NCBI GenBank assembly: GCA_045542075.1
Contig: JAZQKI010000017.1
Location: 2,738 to 66,737, forward strand
Length of the DNA: 64,000 bases
Origin: Eubacteriales bacterium
GTDB lineage: Bacteria; Bacillota; Clostridia; Oscillospirales; CAG-272
Reading direction: 5' to 3'
In this document: positions 9,958-19,143 of the stretch, piece by piece
How the letters are laid out: the number at the start of each line of letters is the position of its first letter
Position numbering within the stretch: the stretch's first letter is position 1
The notes under the pieces: model-generated
Seen by the model: the letters and a program-made list of their open reading frames with translations, nothing else
What the model was told of the DNA's origin: nothing
The model's database searches: none
Program-made: the position numbers and the translations under genes

Positions 9958-10940
9958 TATCTTATATCCTTTCCCTCAAACAGAGATTTGTTTTTCATCA
10001 TATTGAGCATCATACCGACGGTGTTGGATATGGTGTCCGAGTTTGCGGAGCCGCGCACCTTGACTATAAGCTTTCCAACGCCAAGCACTATGCCGCCGCC
10101 GAGAGAGTTGAAGTCATAAATACCCATAAGGTACTGCACGAGCTTCATTATCTCGGGATTTCCCGTCTTCTTTGCGTACTTGACTATATCCGTAATTATT
10201 CTGCGCGCGATGCCCTCGGAGTTTTTGAACACCTGATTGCCTGCAAAGCCCTCGGCTACAAGCACGTCACAATCGCCCGAAAGCGCGCGGTTGCCTTCAA
10301 TGTTTCCAATAAAGTTGAGGTCGTTCTCCTGTTTGAGCAGCGCGTGCGTTGCCTTAACGAGCTTATTTCCCTTTGTCTCCTCCGCCCCGTTGGATAAAAG
10401 TCCTACCGTTGGGTTCTCTATGCTGTAATACGTCTTCATGAAATCCGAGCCCATGTGAGCGAAATCCACAAGCTGGGACGGTGTGCAGTCAATATTCGCG
10501 CCCGTGTCCACAAGACACGTAAATCCACCCTTTTCGGCGGGCAGAATAGCAGCAAGAGCAGGTCTTTTGAGTTCCCTTGCGGGTACGTAGCGGAGAGCTC
10601 CCGCCAGGAGTGCTCCCGTATTTCCGCCGTTTATCATGCCAACTATGTCGTCTCTGTCCGCAAGAGCAAGAAGTCCCTTTACAAGAGAGGACTCAAGCTT
10701 GCCGTATATCGCAGCCGTAGGGGCATCGTAATTAGTTATCACATCGTCGGCGTGGATCAGCTCAACACGCCCGTGGTCATATTCAAGCCCGGAAAGCTTT
10801 GCATTTATTACCTTCTCGTCTCCGACAAGGACTACTCCAAGGTCATCATTCTCCGCAAGCGCCTTTAATGCGCCCTCAATAAGCACCTCGGGGCCGTTGT
10901 CACTCCCCATAAGGTCTATAGCTATTTTGTACTGTACCAT
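9957..10940 (-). CDS. plsX: Phosphate acyltransferase PlsX
   Basis: The N-terminus KIAIDLMGSDNGPEVLIEGA and the overall 327-aa length match PlsX. Confidence 0.9.
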   Translation of the reverse strand: MVQYKIAIDLMGSDNGPEVLIEGALKALAENDDLGVVLVGDEKVINAKLSGLEYDHGRVELIHADDVITNYDAPTAAIYGKLESSLVKGLLALADRDDIVGMINGGNTGALLAGALRYVPARELKRPALAAILPAEKGGFTCLVDTGANIDCTPSQLVDFAHMGSDFMKTYYSIENPTVGLLSNGAEETKGNKLVKATHALLKQENDLNFIGNIEGNRALSGDCDVLVAEGFAGNQVFKNSEGIARRIITDIVKYAKKTGNPEIMKLVQYLMGIYDFNSLGGGIVLGVGKLIVKVRGSANSDTISNTVGMMLNMMKNKSLFEGKDIR

Positions 10941-10949
10941 AATCTCTCC

Positions 10950-12608
10950 TTATTCTATCGCGACAAGATAATCGTATATCTCCTGACCGCTGATGTACAC
11001 CTGTATCTCCTGCTCGTCAAATCTCTCCTCAAGAGCCTCGGTCACCCTTACTCTGTCCTCGTCATCAACTCCCGCGCCGACAAACAGAGTTATAAGCTCT
11101 CGCTCATCAAGATCATCCGTCTGCTCTATCATAACGCAGAGCGCGTCAAGGGGATCAGAGGTTGATGTCACTATATCGCCGTCAAGAATTCCTATGTACT
11201 CGCCCTGTTTGACCTCAACTCCACCTATAACGGTGTCCCGTATCGCGACAGTCACCTCGCCCGAAACCACAAATTCCTTGGCAGCGATAAGGTCGGCTAT
11301 CTGCTCGTCAACATCTGTAACCGTTGGATTGAACACCGACAGCGCAGAATATCCCTCAGGAATAGTCCTTGTGGGTATAACGTGTACGTTGCCCCTGCCC
11401 CATAGCTCCGCCGCCTGACGTGCGGTCAGGACGATGTTGCTGTTGTTTGGAAGCACGAGAATATGGTCTGCGTCAAGCGCATCAAATGCCGATAAGAAGT
11501 CCTGCGTGGACGGATTTCCCGTCTGTCCGCCGTTTATTATAACGTCCGCGCCAAGCGACTCAAATAGTGCGGTCAAGCCCTCACCTGTGCCTACGGTAAC
11601 GACGCCGTATGTCTTGTGAGGCTTTTTTGCCTTCTTTTCCTGATTTTTTACACGTTCAGAATGCTGAAGGCTCATATTTTCTATCTTTATATTCAAAAAC
11701 TCGCCGTATTTCTGGCAAAGAATAAGAATATCGCTGGGTGTGTGGGTGTGCGCGTGAATTTTAAGTATATCCTTGTCCTTGAGCGAAACGATCGAGTCAC
11801 AGCCGAGAGCCTCAAGCTCCGCCGCAAGTCTTTTTTCGTCAAAGGCTTCAACATTCACCTTGGCGCGCTGGAGTCTGACAAGGCATTCCGTACAGTATCC
11901 GTACGTGAGGGTGGACTCCGACGTGAACAGGTCGTAATTCACCTCTGTCACTTCTGCGCCCGATACAGGTACAGCAAAGCCAACCTCTGCCCCGCTGTTC
12001 AGGGACTCGTACATTCCCTTTGCAATACATACGTATCCCGCTCCGCCGCTATCCACGACGTCCGCCTCGGTAAGCACGGGAAGTATTTCCTTCGTTCTCT
12101 GGAGTGATCGCTCCGCCTCCTCTATGTTGAGGCAGAAAAATTCTTCTATTGTGCTGTTCTCATCAAGGTGCTGCTTTGCATACTCCGCGCTCTCTCTGAA
12201 CACAGTAAGTATAGTACCCTCAACGGGGTTTGCGACTGCGGCATACGAGCGTCTGACTCCCGCTATATACGCCTCAGCAAGCTCTGTAGCCGTGGCAGTC
12301 TCCTTGTCCGCGAGCGAATCACACATTCCCGCAAAGAACTGCGAAAGTATAACACCCGAATTTCCTCTCGCGCCAAAAAGTGAGCCGCGCGAGAATTCAC
12401 TTGCCACGTCGCAAAGACTTACGTCATCCCGGTTTGAAATTTTGGCTATTCCGCTCTCTATTGTTCTGCTCATATTTGTGCCCGTGTCACCGTCGGGCAC
12501 GGGGAAAACGTTAAGATCGTTTATTATCTGTATGTTCGAGCGTATTCCGTCGGCGCCGCCGCAAAGAATACGTCTGAACGTAATTCCGTCAAGCTGTTTT
12601 GTTTGCAT
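10950..12608 (-). CDS. fakA: DAK2-domain fatty acid kinase subunit FakA (YloV-like)
   Basis: 552 aa with NVFPVPDGDTGTNM, GARGNSGVILSQFF, VVDSGGAGY, GYCTE and GGQTGNPST blocks. It is collinear with my recollection of S. aureus FakA / B. subtilis YloV. Confidence 0.85.
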   Translation of the reverse strand: MQTKQLDGITFRRILCGGADGIRSNIQIINDLNVFPVPDGDTGTNMSRTIESGIAKISNRDDVSLCDVASEFSRGSLFGARGNSGVILSQFFAGMCDSLADKETATATELAEAYIAGVRRSYAAVANPVEGTILTVFRESAEYAKQHLDENSTIEEFFCLNIEEAERSLQRTKEILPVLTEADVVDSGGAGYVCIAKGMYESLNSGAEVGFAVPVSGAEVTEVNYDLFTSESTLTYGYCTECLVRLQRAKVNVEAFDEKRLAAELEALGCDSIVSLKDKDILKIHAHTHTPSDILILCQKYGEFLNIKIENMSLQHSERVKNQEKKAKKPHKTYGVVTVGTGEGLTALFESLGADVIINGGQTGNPSTQDFLSAFDALDADHILVLPNNSNIVLTARQAAELWGRGNVHVIPTRTIPEGYSALSVFNPTVTDVDEQIADLIAAKEFVVSGEVTVAIRDTVIGGVEVKQGEYIGILDGDIVTSTSDPLDALCVMIEQTDDLDERELITLFVGAGVDDEDRVRVTEALEERFDEQEIQVYISGQEIYDYLVAIE

Positions 12609-12625
12609 AAAGCCTCCGTGTTTTT

Positions 12626-13177
12626 TCAGATCATTTCCTGCGAGAATATGTTTTTCTGACGAATAAGCGCCTCAAGTATTTTTGCGCTGCACTCGGATAT
12701 CTCGTCAAAATTATATTTTTTCCCCGAAAACAGGTAGTCGTTGCCTACTCTTACAAATCCGCCGATCGCAAACGACATAAGCATCAGGTCCTGGCTGCTC
12801 TTAGCCATGCTCTGACACATACGGCAAAGTCTGTCCTCAAGCTTTTCACACAAAACTCCTTGCTTTCCGCGAAAAACCGCTTTTATTTCATCGGAATTTT
12901 TCTCAAGTGCTAAAAGCAGGTTTTTTGCGTATATTCTCGGATCGTCAAAAATCTTATTCCATTCCGAGAAGCTTGCAATAATGCTGTCAATAACTCCGTT
13001 GTCTATCTCGTTTGACAGTGCTATGGAATCCGTATAATGATTGTAGAACGTGGTCTTGTTTATCATAGCCGCGTCGCAAATATCCTTCACCTTTATGTCC
13101 TCGGGCATAAGCTTCTCGCGAAGCTTCAGAAATGCCGATCTTATCTGCCGACGGGTTTTTACCATTCTAAGATCCAT
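12626..13177 (-). CDS. TetR/AcrR family transcriptional regulator
   Basis: Preferred start is the ATG at 13177 (AGGAGG RBS). N-terminal HTH: TRRQIRSAFLKLREK..VKDICDAAMINKTTFYNHY. Confidence 0.85.
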   Translation of the reverse strand: MDLRMVKTRRQIRSAFLKLREKLMPEDIKVKDICDAAMINKTTFYNHYTDSIALSNEIDNGVIDSIIASFSEWNKIFDDPRIYAKNLLLALEKNSDEIKAVFRGKQGVLCEKLEDRLCRMCQSMAKSSQDLMLMSFAIGGFVRVGNDYLFSGKKYNFDEISECSAKILEALIRQKNIFSQEMI

Positions 13178-13400
13178 GTGTGCCTCCTTTTTTACATACA
13201 TATGCAAAAATAATCAACTTTAGTTGCATAAGTACATTATAGTCGATTTTTGTCAGGTTGTCAATAGCGATTTTTACTGCTATTGGAAGATCAGGTATAT
13301 TTACCTTTTTTATGTTTTTAATTAAAATTAAAAAACAAGTTGCAAAATCTCAAAAAACGTGATAAAATAAAAGCGAATATATGGAAAAGAGGTTGTTTTT

Positions 13401-14348
13401 ATGCCGTGGTATATACCTGTCGGAATTTCAGCGTTTTTGTTTGTTTCCGCGCTGATTATCTCCTACGTTTGCTTTTACAAAACTTTTTTGAAAAGAGAAC
13501 CCAAAACCCAGGAGGAATACCCTATCCCCAAAAGTGAAGAATATGCTCCCTTCCGCGAGCTGATGATAAAATGGATGGACGACTACAAGTCCATTCCCCA
13601 CAAGGATGTTGAGATACGCTCGTTTGACGGACTGACTCTGCGTGGAAAATATTATGAGCTTACACCCGACGCACCGCTTGAAATACTTTTTCACGGATAC
13701 AGAGGGGATTCCTACCGGGATCTCAGCGGAGGCATTTCGCGTTGCTTTGAAATGGGACACAGCGCGCTCATTGTTGACCACCGAGCTGCGGGCAGAAGCG
13801 AGGGCCGAGTCATTTCCTTTAGCGCAAATGAAAGCCGCGACTGTGCTGCGTGGGTGGATTTTGCGATAAACAACATAAACAAGGACGCAAAAATAATCCT
13901 CACAGGCATATCAATGGGCGCGGCTACGGTTATGGTCGCCTCTGCAATGGATCTGCCTGAAAACGTGGTGGGTGTGCTTGCCGACTGTGGCTTTTCATCC
14001 TGCAAGAATATTGTAAAAAAGGTCGTACGCGATATGGGACATCCTGCCGATATTATCTATCCGTTCGTTCGCCTGGGCGGAATGCTGTTTGGCAGATTTG
14101 ATTCCAAAAAGGCTTCCCCCGTCGATGCTTTGAGATCCTGCAAGCTTCCCGTGATATTCATTCACGGAGACACAGATACCTTCGTTCCTTTTCAGATGAG
14201 CGTTGACAACTATAACGCCTGCGCATCGGAATACAAAAGGCTTATCACCATTGAGGGCGCGGGACACGGACTCTGCTATCCCGTAAATATGCAAAAATAT
14301 AAGGACGAGGTTGAAGCGTTCTTCAAGCCGCTGCTTGAAAATAATTGA
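13401..14348 (+). CDS. Alpha/beta hydrolase with an N-terminal membrane anchor
   Basis: Nucleophile elbow GISMGA, an HGYRGDS oxyanion region, and late IHGDTD and GAGHG motifs. Confidence 0.8.
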   Translation: MPWYIPVGISAFLFVSALIISYVCFYKTFLKREPKTQEEYPIPKSEEYAPFRELMIKWMDDYKSIPHKDVEIRSFDGLTLRGKYYELTPDAPLEILFHGYRGDSYRDLSGGISRCFEMGHSALIVDHRAAGRSEGRVISFSANESRDCAAWVDFAINNINKDAKIILTGISMGAATVMVASAMDLPENVVGVLADCGFSSCKNIVKKVVRDMGHPADIIYPFVRLGGMLFGRFDSKKASPVDALRSCKLPVIFIHGDTDTFVPFQMSVDNYNACASEYKRLITIEGAGHGLCYPVNMQKYKDEVEAFFKPLLENN

Positions 14349-14426
14349 TAAAGTCCCGCGGTGCGCAGGCTCTCACAATGCCCGAGCATGACGCACCGGT
14401 CAGCAATCATAAAAAGGAGGTGTATT

Positions 14427-15329
14427 ATGAAGCCTTTCTCTAAAAAAATACTTAAGCTTCTGCAAACAAGCTTGTTTTTGCTAGTTGGAAACGCAATACT
14501 TGCCTTTGGCGTTGCGGCGTTCATCATACCGAAAAACATTCTGATGGGCGGTACCACAGGTATAGGAATACTGCTCAGTAAGATCATTCCTATGGAGACC
14601 TCAACCATCGTTCTGATCCTGAACGTTGGACTTCTGATAGCGGGGCTGTTTATTCTCGGCAAAAAATTCTTTGTCACGACCGTCGTCAGCTCCATACTAT
14701 ACCCCATTTTGCTTGGACTAATGCAAAGAATTCCAAACATAGAGCATATCACCGATGACAAGCTGCTTTCCGTCCTTCTCGGCGGATCTATACTGGGTAT
14801 TTCCATCGGCATGGTTATGCGTGTCGGCTCGTCCACAGGCGGACTTGACGTGCTTGCGCTGATACTTAACAAATGGACTCATCTGCCCTTGGCTGTGCTT
14901 GTTTATGTATGCGACATAGTAGTCCTTGGAGCGCAGATGATACTCGGAAGCAAGCCCGAGGACCTGCTTTTCGGTATAGTACTTCTCGTTCTTCAGTCTA
15001 TATTGCTTGACAAGGTAATGATTCTTGGAAAATCACAGATACAGCTGTTTATTGTCACAAAAAAATACCGCGAGGTGCGTCTCGCATTGCTGAAGGATCT
15101 CGAGGCGGGAGTCACGATGGTGAAGATCGAGACGGGACTTTTGCGCGGCGATCAGGACGGAATTATATGCGTCATTCCCAAGCGAAAGCTGTATAACGCA
15201 AACGAGCTTATACATTCAATAGACCCCGAGGCATTTATAACCATCTCCCAGATAAACGAGGTCCGAGGACGAGGATTCACCTCCGAGCGACTGCATCTGG
15301 AGATCTCCGAGGAGCATCATAAAGAATAA
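14427..15329 (+). CDS. YitT family membrane protein (with a DUF2179-type C-terminal domain)
   Basis: Start at the ATG 14427 after AAAGGAGG. Contains GNAILAFGVAAFIIPKNILMGGTTGIG and a C-terminal soluble domain (GVTMVKIETG..). Confidence 0.8.
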   Translation: MKPFSKKILKLLQTSLFLLVGNAILAFGVAAFIIPKNILMGGTTGIGILLSKIIPMETSTIVLILNVGLLIAGLFILGKKFFVTTVVSSILYPILLGLMQRIPNIEHITDDKLLSVLLGGSILGISIGMVMRVGSSTGGLDVLALILNKWTHLPLAVLVYVCDIVVLGAQMILGSKPEDLLFGIVLLVLQSILLDKVMILGKSQIQLFIVTKKYREVRLALLKDLEAGVTMVKIETGLLRGDQDGIICVIPKRKLYNANELIHSIDPEAFITISQINEVRGRGFTSERLHLEISEEHHKE

Positions 15330-15366
15330 AAGGAGAGGCGAAAGCGAACTTCTCATAACGATGATA

Positions 15367-15400
15367 AAACCCCCGACAGATTTTAGGTCTGTCGGGGGTA
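15367..15400. terminator. Bidirectional intrinsic terminator between convergent genes
   Basis: acccccgacaga-ttttagg-tctgtcgggggt. Confidence 0.7.
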
Positions 15401-15403
15401 TCC

Positions 15404-15763
15404 TTATTTATCTTCACTTTCATTATCTGGTTTGATTTCATTTTGTTGATCGGATATTTTTTGATTTAAGAGTTCGTCAATATTGTCTTTCCAATTTCCG
15501 TCTTGTGACAAGGCATCTTGAAATGCTCTAAAATCAGGATTGTCGCTTTCTTCAAGAAAAGTCTGACGGATTCTGATTTGTTCTATCAACGAGAGAACAA
15601 TGTCTAACAATAAAATCGATAGTCCAATATATAGACAAGGCTTAGCAAATATTCCTATAATCAATAAGACAACGCCGGGAACAAAAAGCCAAAAGAAATG
15701 AAATAGTAAGTTTGATATAAATCCAATGACGAATAAGCTTGTTGGATATTTTCTGTTGTTCAT
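15404..15763 (-). CDS. Small two-TM membrane protein, hypothetical
   Basis: ATG at 15763 preceded by AAAGGAGA. The N-terminal half is hydrophobic and the tail is acidic. Confidence 0.6.
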   Translation of the reverse strand: MNNRKYPTSLFVIGFISNLLFHFFWLFVPGVVLLIIGIFAKPCLYIGLSILLLDIVLSLIEQIRIRQTFLEESDNPDFRAFQDALSQDGNWKDNIDELLNQKISDQQNEIKPDNESEDK

Positions 15764-15829
15764 AATTAAATCTCCTTTATCCCCAGCTTCGCCTCTGTAT
15801 AACAAACACATCGAGCGAAGCCTCTCTTT

Positions 15830-16231
15830 TTATTCTTCATTATCACGCTTTTCACGTTCTTGCGCTCTTTTTTGCTTTTTTGCCTTGACGGCGTTTTTTA
15901 TATCCTCGCGCATTTGCTTGAGCACGCCGAGCGTTTTTTCGTCCTTGGGAAACAGCAGTCGTAAAAGCCATATGGCAATAGCTACCGTCAGGATCTTCTC
16001 GGGAGATACCGGCAGCCACAAAAACGTCAGATATGCCCCCGACACCGCTATCATCCACGGTATCCCGAAAAGCGTTCCGACTCCCATCATAATATAAGAC
16101 CATCCGTTGGTTATGATCCACGCTATTCCAAGACACAGCAAAAGCTTGGGATTAAGCAGAAAATACAGTATTTTTTTGAGTATCCGTTTTATCTTTTGTT
16201 TTAACTCAACCTTCAAAGTAATACCTCTCAA
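15830..16231 (-). CDS. Small membrane protein, hypothetical; start uncertain (TTG at 16231 or TTG at 16216)
   Basis: 133-aa ORF with 2-3 TM segments and a K/E-rich tail. There is no upstream ATG; GAGAGG precedes the TTG at 16216. Confidence 0.5.
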   Translation of the reverse strand: MRGITLKVELKQKIKRILKKILYFLLNPKLLLCLGIAWIITNGWSYIMMGVGTLFGIPWMIAVSGAYLTFLWLPVSPEKILTVAIAIWLLRLLFPKDEKTLGVLKQMREDIKNAVKAKKQKRAQEREKRDNEE

Positions 16232-16287
16232 ATAAATAAGGTGAGGTTACCCTCACCTTATTATACTCAATAAATATTGCGGCTTTA

Positions 16288-17574
16288 TTACGATATATTA
16301 TTTTTTTCTCTTTTTTTAGAAATCACTGTTTTGTACAGCTCCTCCGCGGCAAGTCTCGCCTTGGCAACCACGTCCTTATCCTGCTTGGGGAAGCAATAAT
16401 ATATCGCCTTGTGATTTCCAAGAGCTATAACGTCCCCGATCTCATAAAAATTGAAGTCGGCGCAGATGCTGTACGACGCCTGCGGCGTGTGGATATAGTC
16501 CAGGCTTCCGCCACATCCCGTAAGATGAAATCCGTCTACAGTGTGAGTCAGTCTTCCCTCTCCCACCGAATATATCTTCCTTGCGTCTATCGCCATACAA
16601 ATATCCACGGGGATATCCATAGAATAAGTAAGATCCTCAAGCTCAGAGCGCACGCAAGCTCTCTCCCACTCAAACCAATCGGGCACGTGGGTAAATCTGC
16701 TGTCACCGTCGGTCGCCGCAAGGCTTCCGTACTCGTCAAGAATATACTGCTTGCCGCAGCTGTCACAGGTCAAAGTAACTCCTTCGCCCCGCATTTTACC
16801 CTCGACCATACAGTGGGGACACTTGTACAATACTCTGTTAAGGTAGTCCGCGCGGAAGCTCTCCGCCACTTTTATTTTTTTGCTTTGCTGCTCGGCAAAG
16901 CCGTCAAAGCTGAATTTCTGTTCAATAAGCGTCTGTATATCGTCCGCGGACATTTCCCTTACCTGCTTTTGCGAGAGCAGATATTCCATTTTCGCCGACA
17001 CGCGTACCCTTCTCTTTTGGAGATTGTTGTAGAGAGGATCCCGCAAAAAAGCACCGCTTGTGATTGTAACTACAACCGGAACGTCAAGCATCTTACAAAG
17101 CTTGCCCAATGTGTCGGGCAAGGTAGTCGCCCGTCCGTCAAAGCTGTATCCCGCCTCGGGAAACATAACGACAGAGCAGCCCGCGCCAAGCGCGTGCTTC
17201 ATATCCTTGATAAGAGAGAGCTCTGATACAAACTTTTTCGTAGGAATACATCCGATCTGTCTCAAAAGCCAATTTTTGCCCACAAAGCTATCAGTCGTAG
17301 CAATAATGCCGAAGGGCTTGGGGTACATTATGCTTGCGGCTATTTCAAGATCGATAAACGCGGAGTGATTCATAAGCATGAGACACGCCTGACCGCGCTC
17401 AAGTCTGTCCATCCCTACCTTTTCGCACTTGAAGCCTGTGCTTAAAAGATCCGGCAGACCCGCAAGCTTCATTATTGTTCTCCAAAATATATTTGGCTTT
17501 TTGGGGAGCTTGTGGGGTTCGGGAGGCAGAGCTATGACCTCGTCATAGCTTTTCTCTACAAGTTTTATTTTCAT
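16288..17574 (-). CDS. PlsC-type lysophospholipid/glycerolipid acyltransferase with a zinc ribbon and a C-terminal beta-rich domain
   Basis: HX4D motif NHSAFID, FPEAGYS block, then CPHC..17 aa..CDSC. It has the same architecture as the 62200..63420 gene. Confidence 0.8.
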   Translation of the reverse strand: MKIKLVEKSYDEVIALPPEPHKLPKKPNIFWRTIMKLAGLPDLLSTGFKCEKVGMDRLERGQACLMLMNHSAFIDLEIAASIMYPKPFGIIATTDSFVGKNWLLRQIGCIPTKKFVSELSLIKDMKHALGAGCSVVMFPEAGYSFDGRATTLPDTLGKLCKMLDVPVVVTITSGAFLRDPLYNNLQKRRVRVSAKMEYLLSQKQVREMSADDIQTLIEQKFSFDGFAEQQSKKIKVAESFRADYLNRVLYKCPHCMVEGKMRGEGVTLTCDSCGKQYILDEYGSLAATDGDSRFTHVPDWFEWERACVRSELEDLTYSMDIPVDICMAIDARKIYSVGEGRLTHTVDGFHLTGCGGSLDYIHTPQASYSICADFNFYEIGDVIALGNHKAIYYCFPKQDKDVVAKARLAAEELYKTVISKKREKNNIS

Positions 17575-17691
17575 AAAACCTCCGTTGCAGTTAACATTAT
17601 GTTAGTTTTGTAAACTTTGTGAACTAATTATAACACAATTTACAAAAAAATGCAAGGGCTATTTTTTTGATTACCATACTGCCCCAAAAAA

Positions 17692-17843
17692 GAAAAAATC
17701 GCCTATAACAAGGCGGTTTTGCACCCGCGGCAAAATCGGGCAGCAATCTCCGCTTGCGCATCGTACCAAAGAAAGCAAAATGCAGGCGTAGTTTCCTACG
17801 TCAAGCTGCTTTCAAGGAACAACGAAGTTATAGGCGATTTTTC
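17692..17843 (-). other. Long hairpin (16-17 bp perfect closing stem, ~117-nt structured interior) followed by a U-run on the minus strand
   Basis: gaaaaa(a)tcgcctataac at 17692-17709 pairs with gttataggcgatttttc at 17827-17843. The interior holds a cgtag-GAAA-ctacg hairpin and ttttgc..gcaaaa. On the minus strand TTTTTTCTTTTTT follows. Confidence 0.5.
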
Positions 17844-17852
17844 TAAGGTCAA

Positions 17853-18083
17853 TCAGTGGTTAGCAAGCCACTCGTCCGCAACCTTCTTAGACATTCTCTT
17901 GATATTCTCTACAGGGTAGATGGAATCTGCTCCACCGTTTGTGTAAAGGAAGTAGTTTCCTCCCTCAGTCACGTAGAGAGTCTCCTCGTATCCCGCGGGG
18001 TCACCGAAGTAACCGAATGTCACCTTTTTTACAACAGATGATGCATCTGTGTCGTAAAGCTTTCCGCAAATTGTCTTCTGCAT
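17853..18083 (-). CDS. Small hypothetical protein (76 aa)
   Basis: Clean ORF with ordinary composition (MQKTICGKLYDTDASSVVKK...). No motif recognised. Confidence 0.55.
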   Translation of the reverse strand: MQKTICGKLYDTDASSVVKKVTFGYFGDPAGYEETLYVTEGGNYFLYTNGGADSIYPVENIKRMSKKVADEWLANH

Positions 18084-18135
18084 AGTATTTCTCCTTTGTT
18101 TTTTTATTTATTGTTATCAAAAATTGATACCTTTA

Positions 18136-19143
18136 TTAAAGCACGCACTTCAAAAATTGCTGTGTTCTCGGGTTTTTGGGACTGTCAAACAGCTCGGCGG
18201 GAGAGCCCTCCTCGGTGATGAATCCGTCGCTCATGAACATTACCCTGTCAGACACCTCGCGCGCAAATCCCATTTCGTGCGTGACGATGACCATAGTCAT
18301 ACCCTCTGCCGCAAGCTCCTTGATAAGGTCTAGAACCTCGCCTACCATCTCAGGGTCAAGCGCGGAGGTGGGCTCGTCAAACAGCATTACCTCAGGGTCC
18401 ATCGCAAGCGCGCGGATAATCGCGATCCTCTGCTTTTGTCCGCCCGAGAGCGTAGAGGGATAAGCATCTGCCTTCTCCTCAAGTCCGATTCTCTTAAGAA
18501 GCATCATAGCCTTTGCCTCAGCCTTCTCTGTGATAGACTTCTTTGTTTCGGTAATCTCTGTTAAGGGTGCTTTTTCCTTTTTGAATATATTTGTAAAGCG
18601 TACCCACGCATTGTGACGCTTTACCTTATTCACCTTTTCCATTCCCGTCTTGATGGGCGCCAGCATGATATTCTGCTTTACCGACTTATTGTTAAAGAGG
18701 TTAAACTGCTGGAACACCATTCCCATCTTCTGACGCGCGATGTTTATATCAAGGTGGTTTTCGTTAAATATTTTCTTTATTGCCTTTTTATATTCCTTGC
18801 CCTCGGCTGCCGAGAACTTTTCGTTGAGAAGGTCCTCCGCCTTGATCTTGGCAATCGCCTCGGTCTCGTCCATACCGTCAGCTATCAGCTTTTTGTATGT
18901 GTTGGACGCCTTGATGACCTCGGGATGCAGATAAGGGTCAACGGGTGTGAGAAGCATTCCGTCCATCCAGACCTCACCAAAGGTAGGAGTCTCAAGCAGG
19001 TTCATACAGCGAAGCAGTGTCGATTTTCCCGAGCCCGACGAACCAATTATGGAAACCACCTCTCCGTTGGTTATCTCGGTTGAAACACCCTTGAGGACCT
19101 CAAGCTTGTCGAAATTCTTGTAAATATTATTGATATTAAGCAC
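18136..19143 (-). CDS. Polar amino acid ABC transporter ATP-binding protein (GlnQ/ArtP type) with two internal insertions
   Basis: Walker [18 protein letters not shown], Walker [13 protein letters not shown]-loop VTHEM. It is 335 aa against ~240 aa typical for this type. Confidence 0.9.
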   Translation of the reverse strand: MLNINNIYKNFDKLEVLKGVSTEITNGEVVSIIGSSGSGKSTLLRCMNLLETPTFGEVWMDGMLLTPVDPYLHPEVIKASNTYKKLIADGMDETEAIAKIKAEDLLNEKFSAAEGKEYKKAIKKIFNENHLDINIARQKMGMVFQQFNLFNNKSVKQNIMLAPIKTGMEKVNKVKRHNAWVRFTNIFKKEKAPLTEITETKKSITEKAEAKAMMLLKRIGLEEKADAYPSTLSGGQKQRIAIIRALAMDPEVMLFDEPTSALDPEMVGEVLDLIKELAAEGMTMVIVTHEMGFAREVSDRVMFMSDGFITEEGSPAELFDSPKNPRTQQFLKCVL

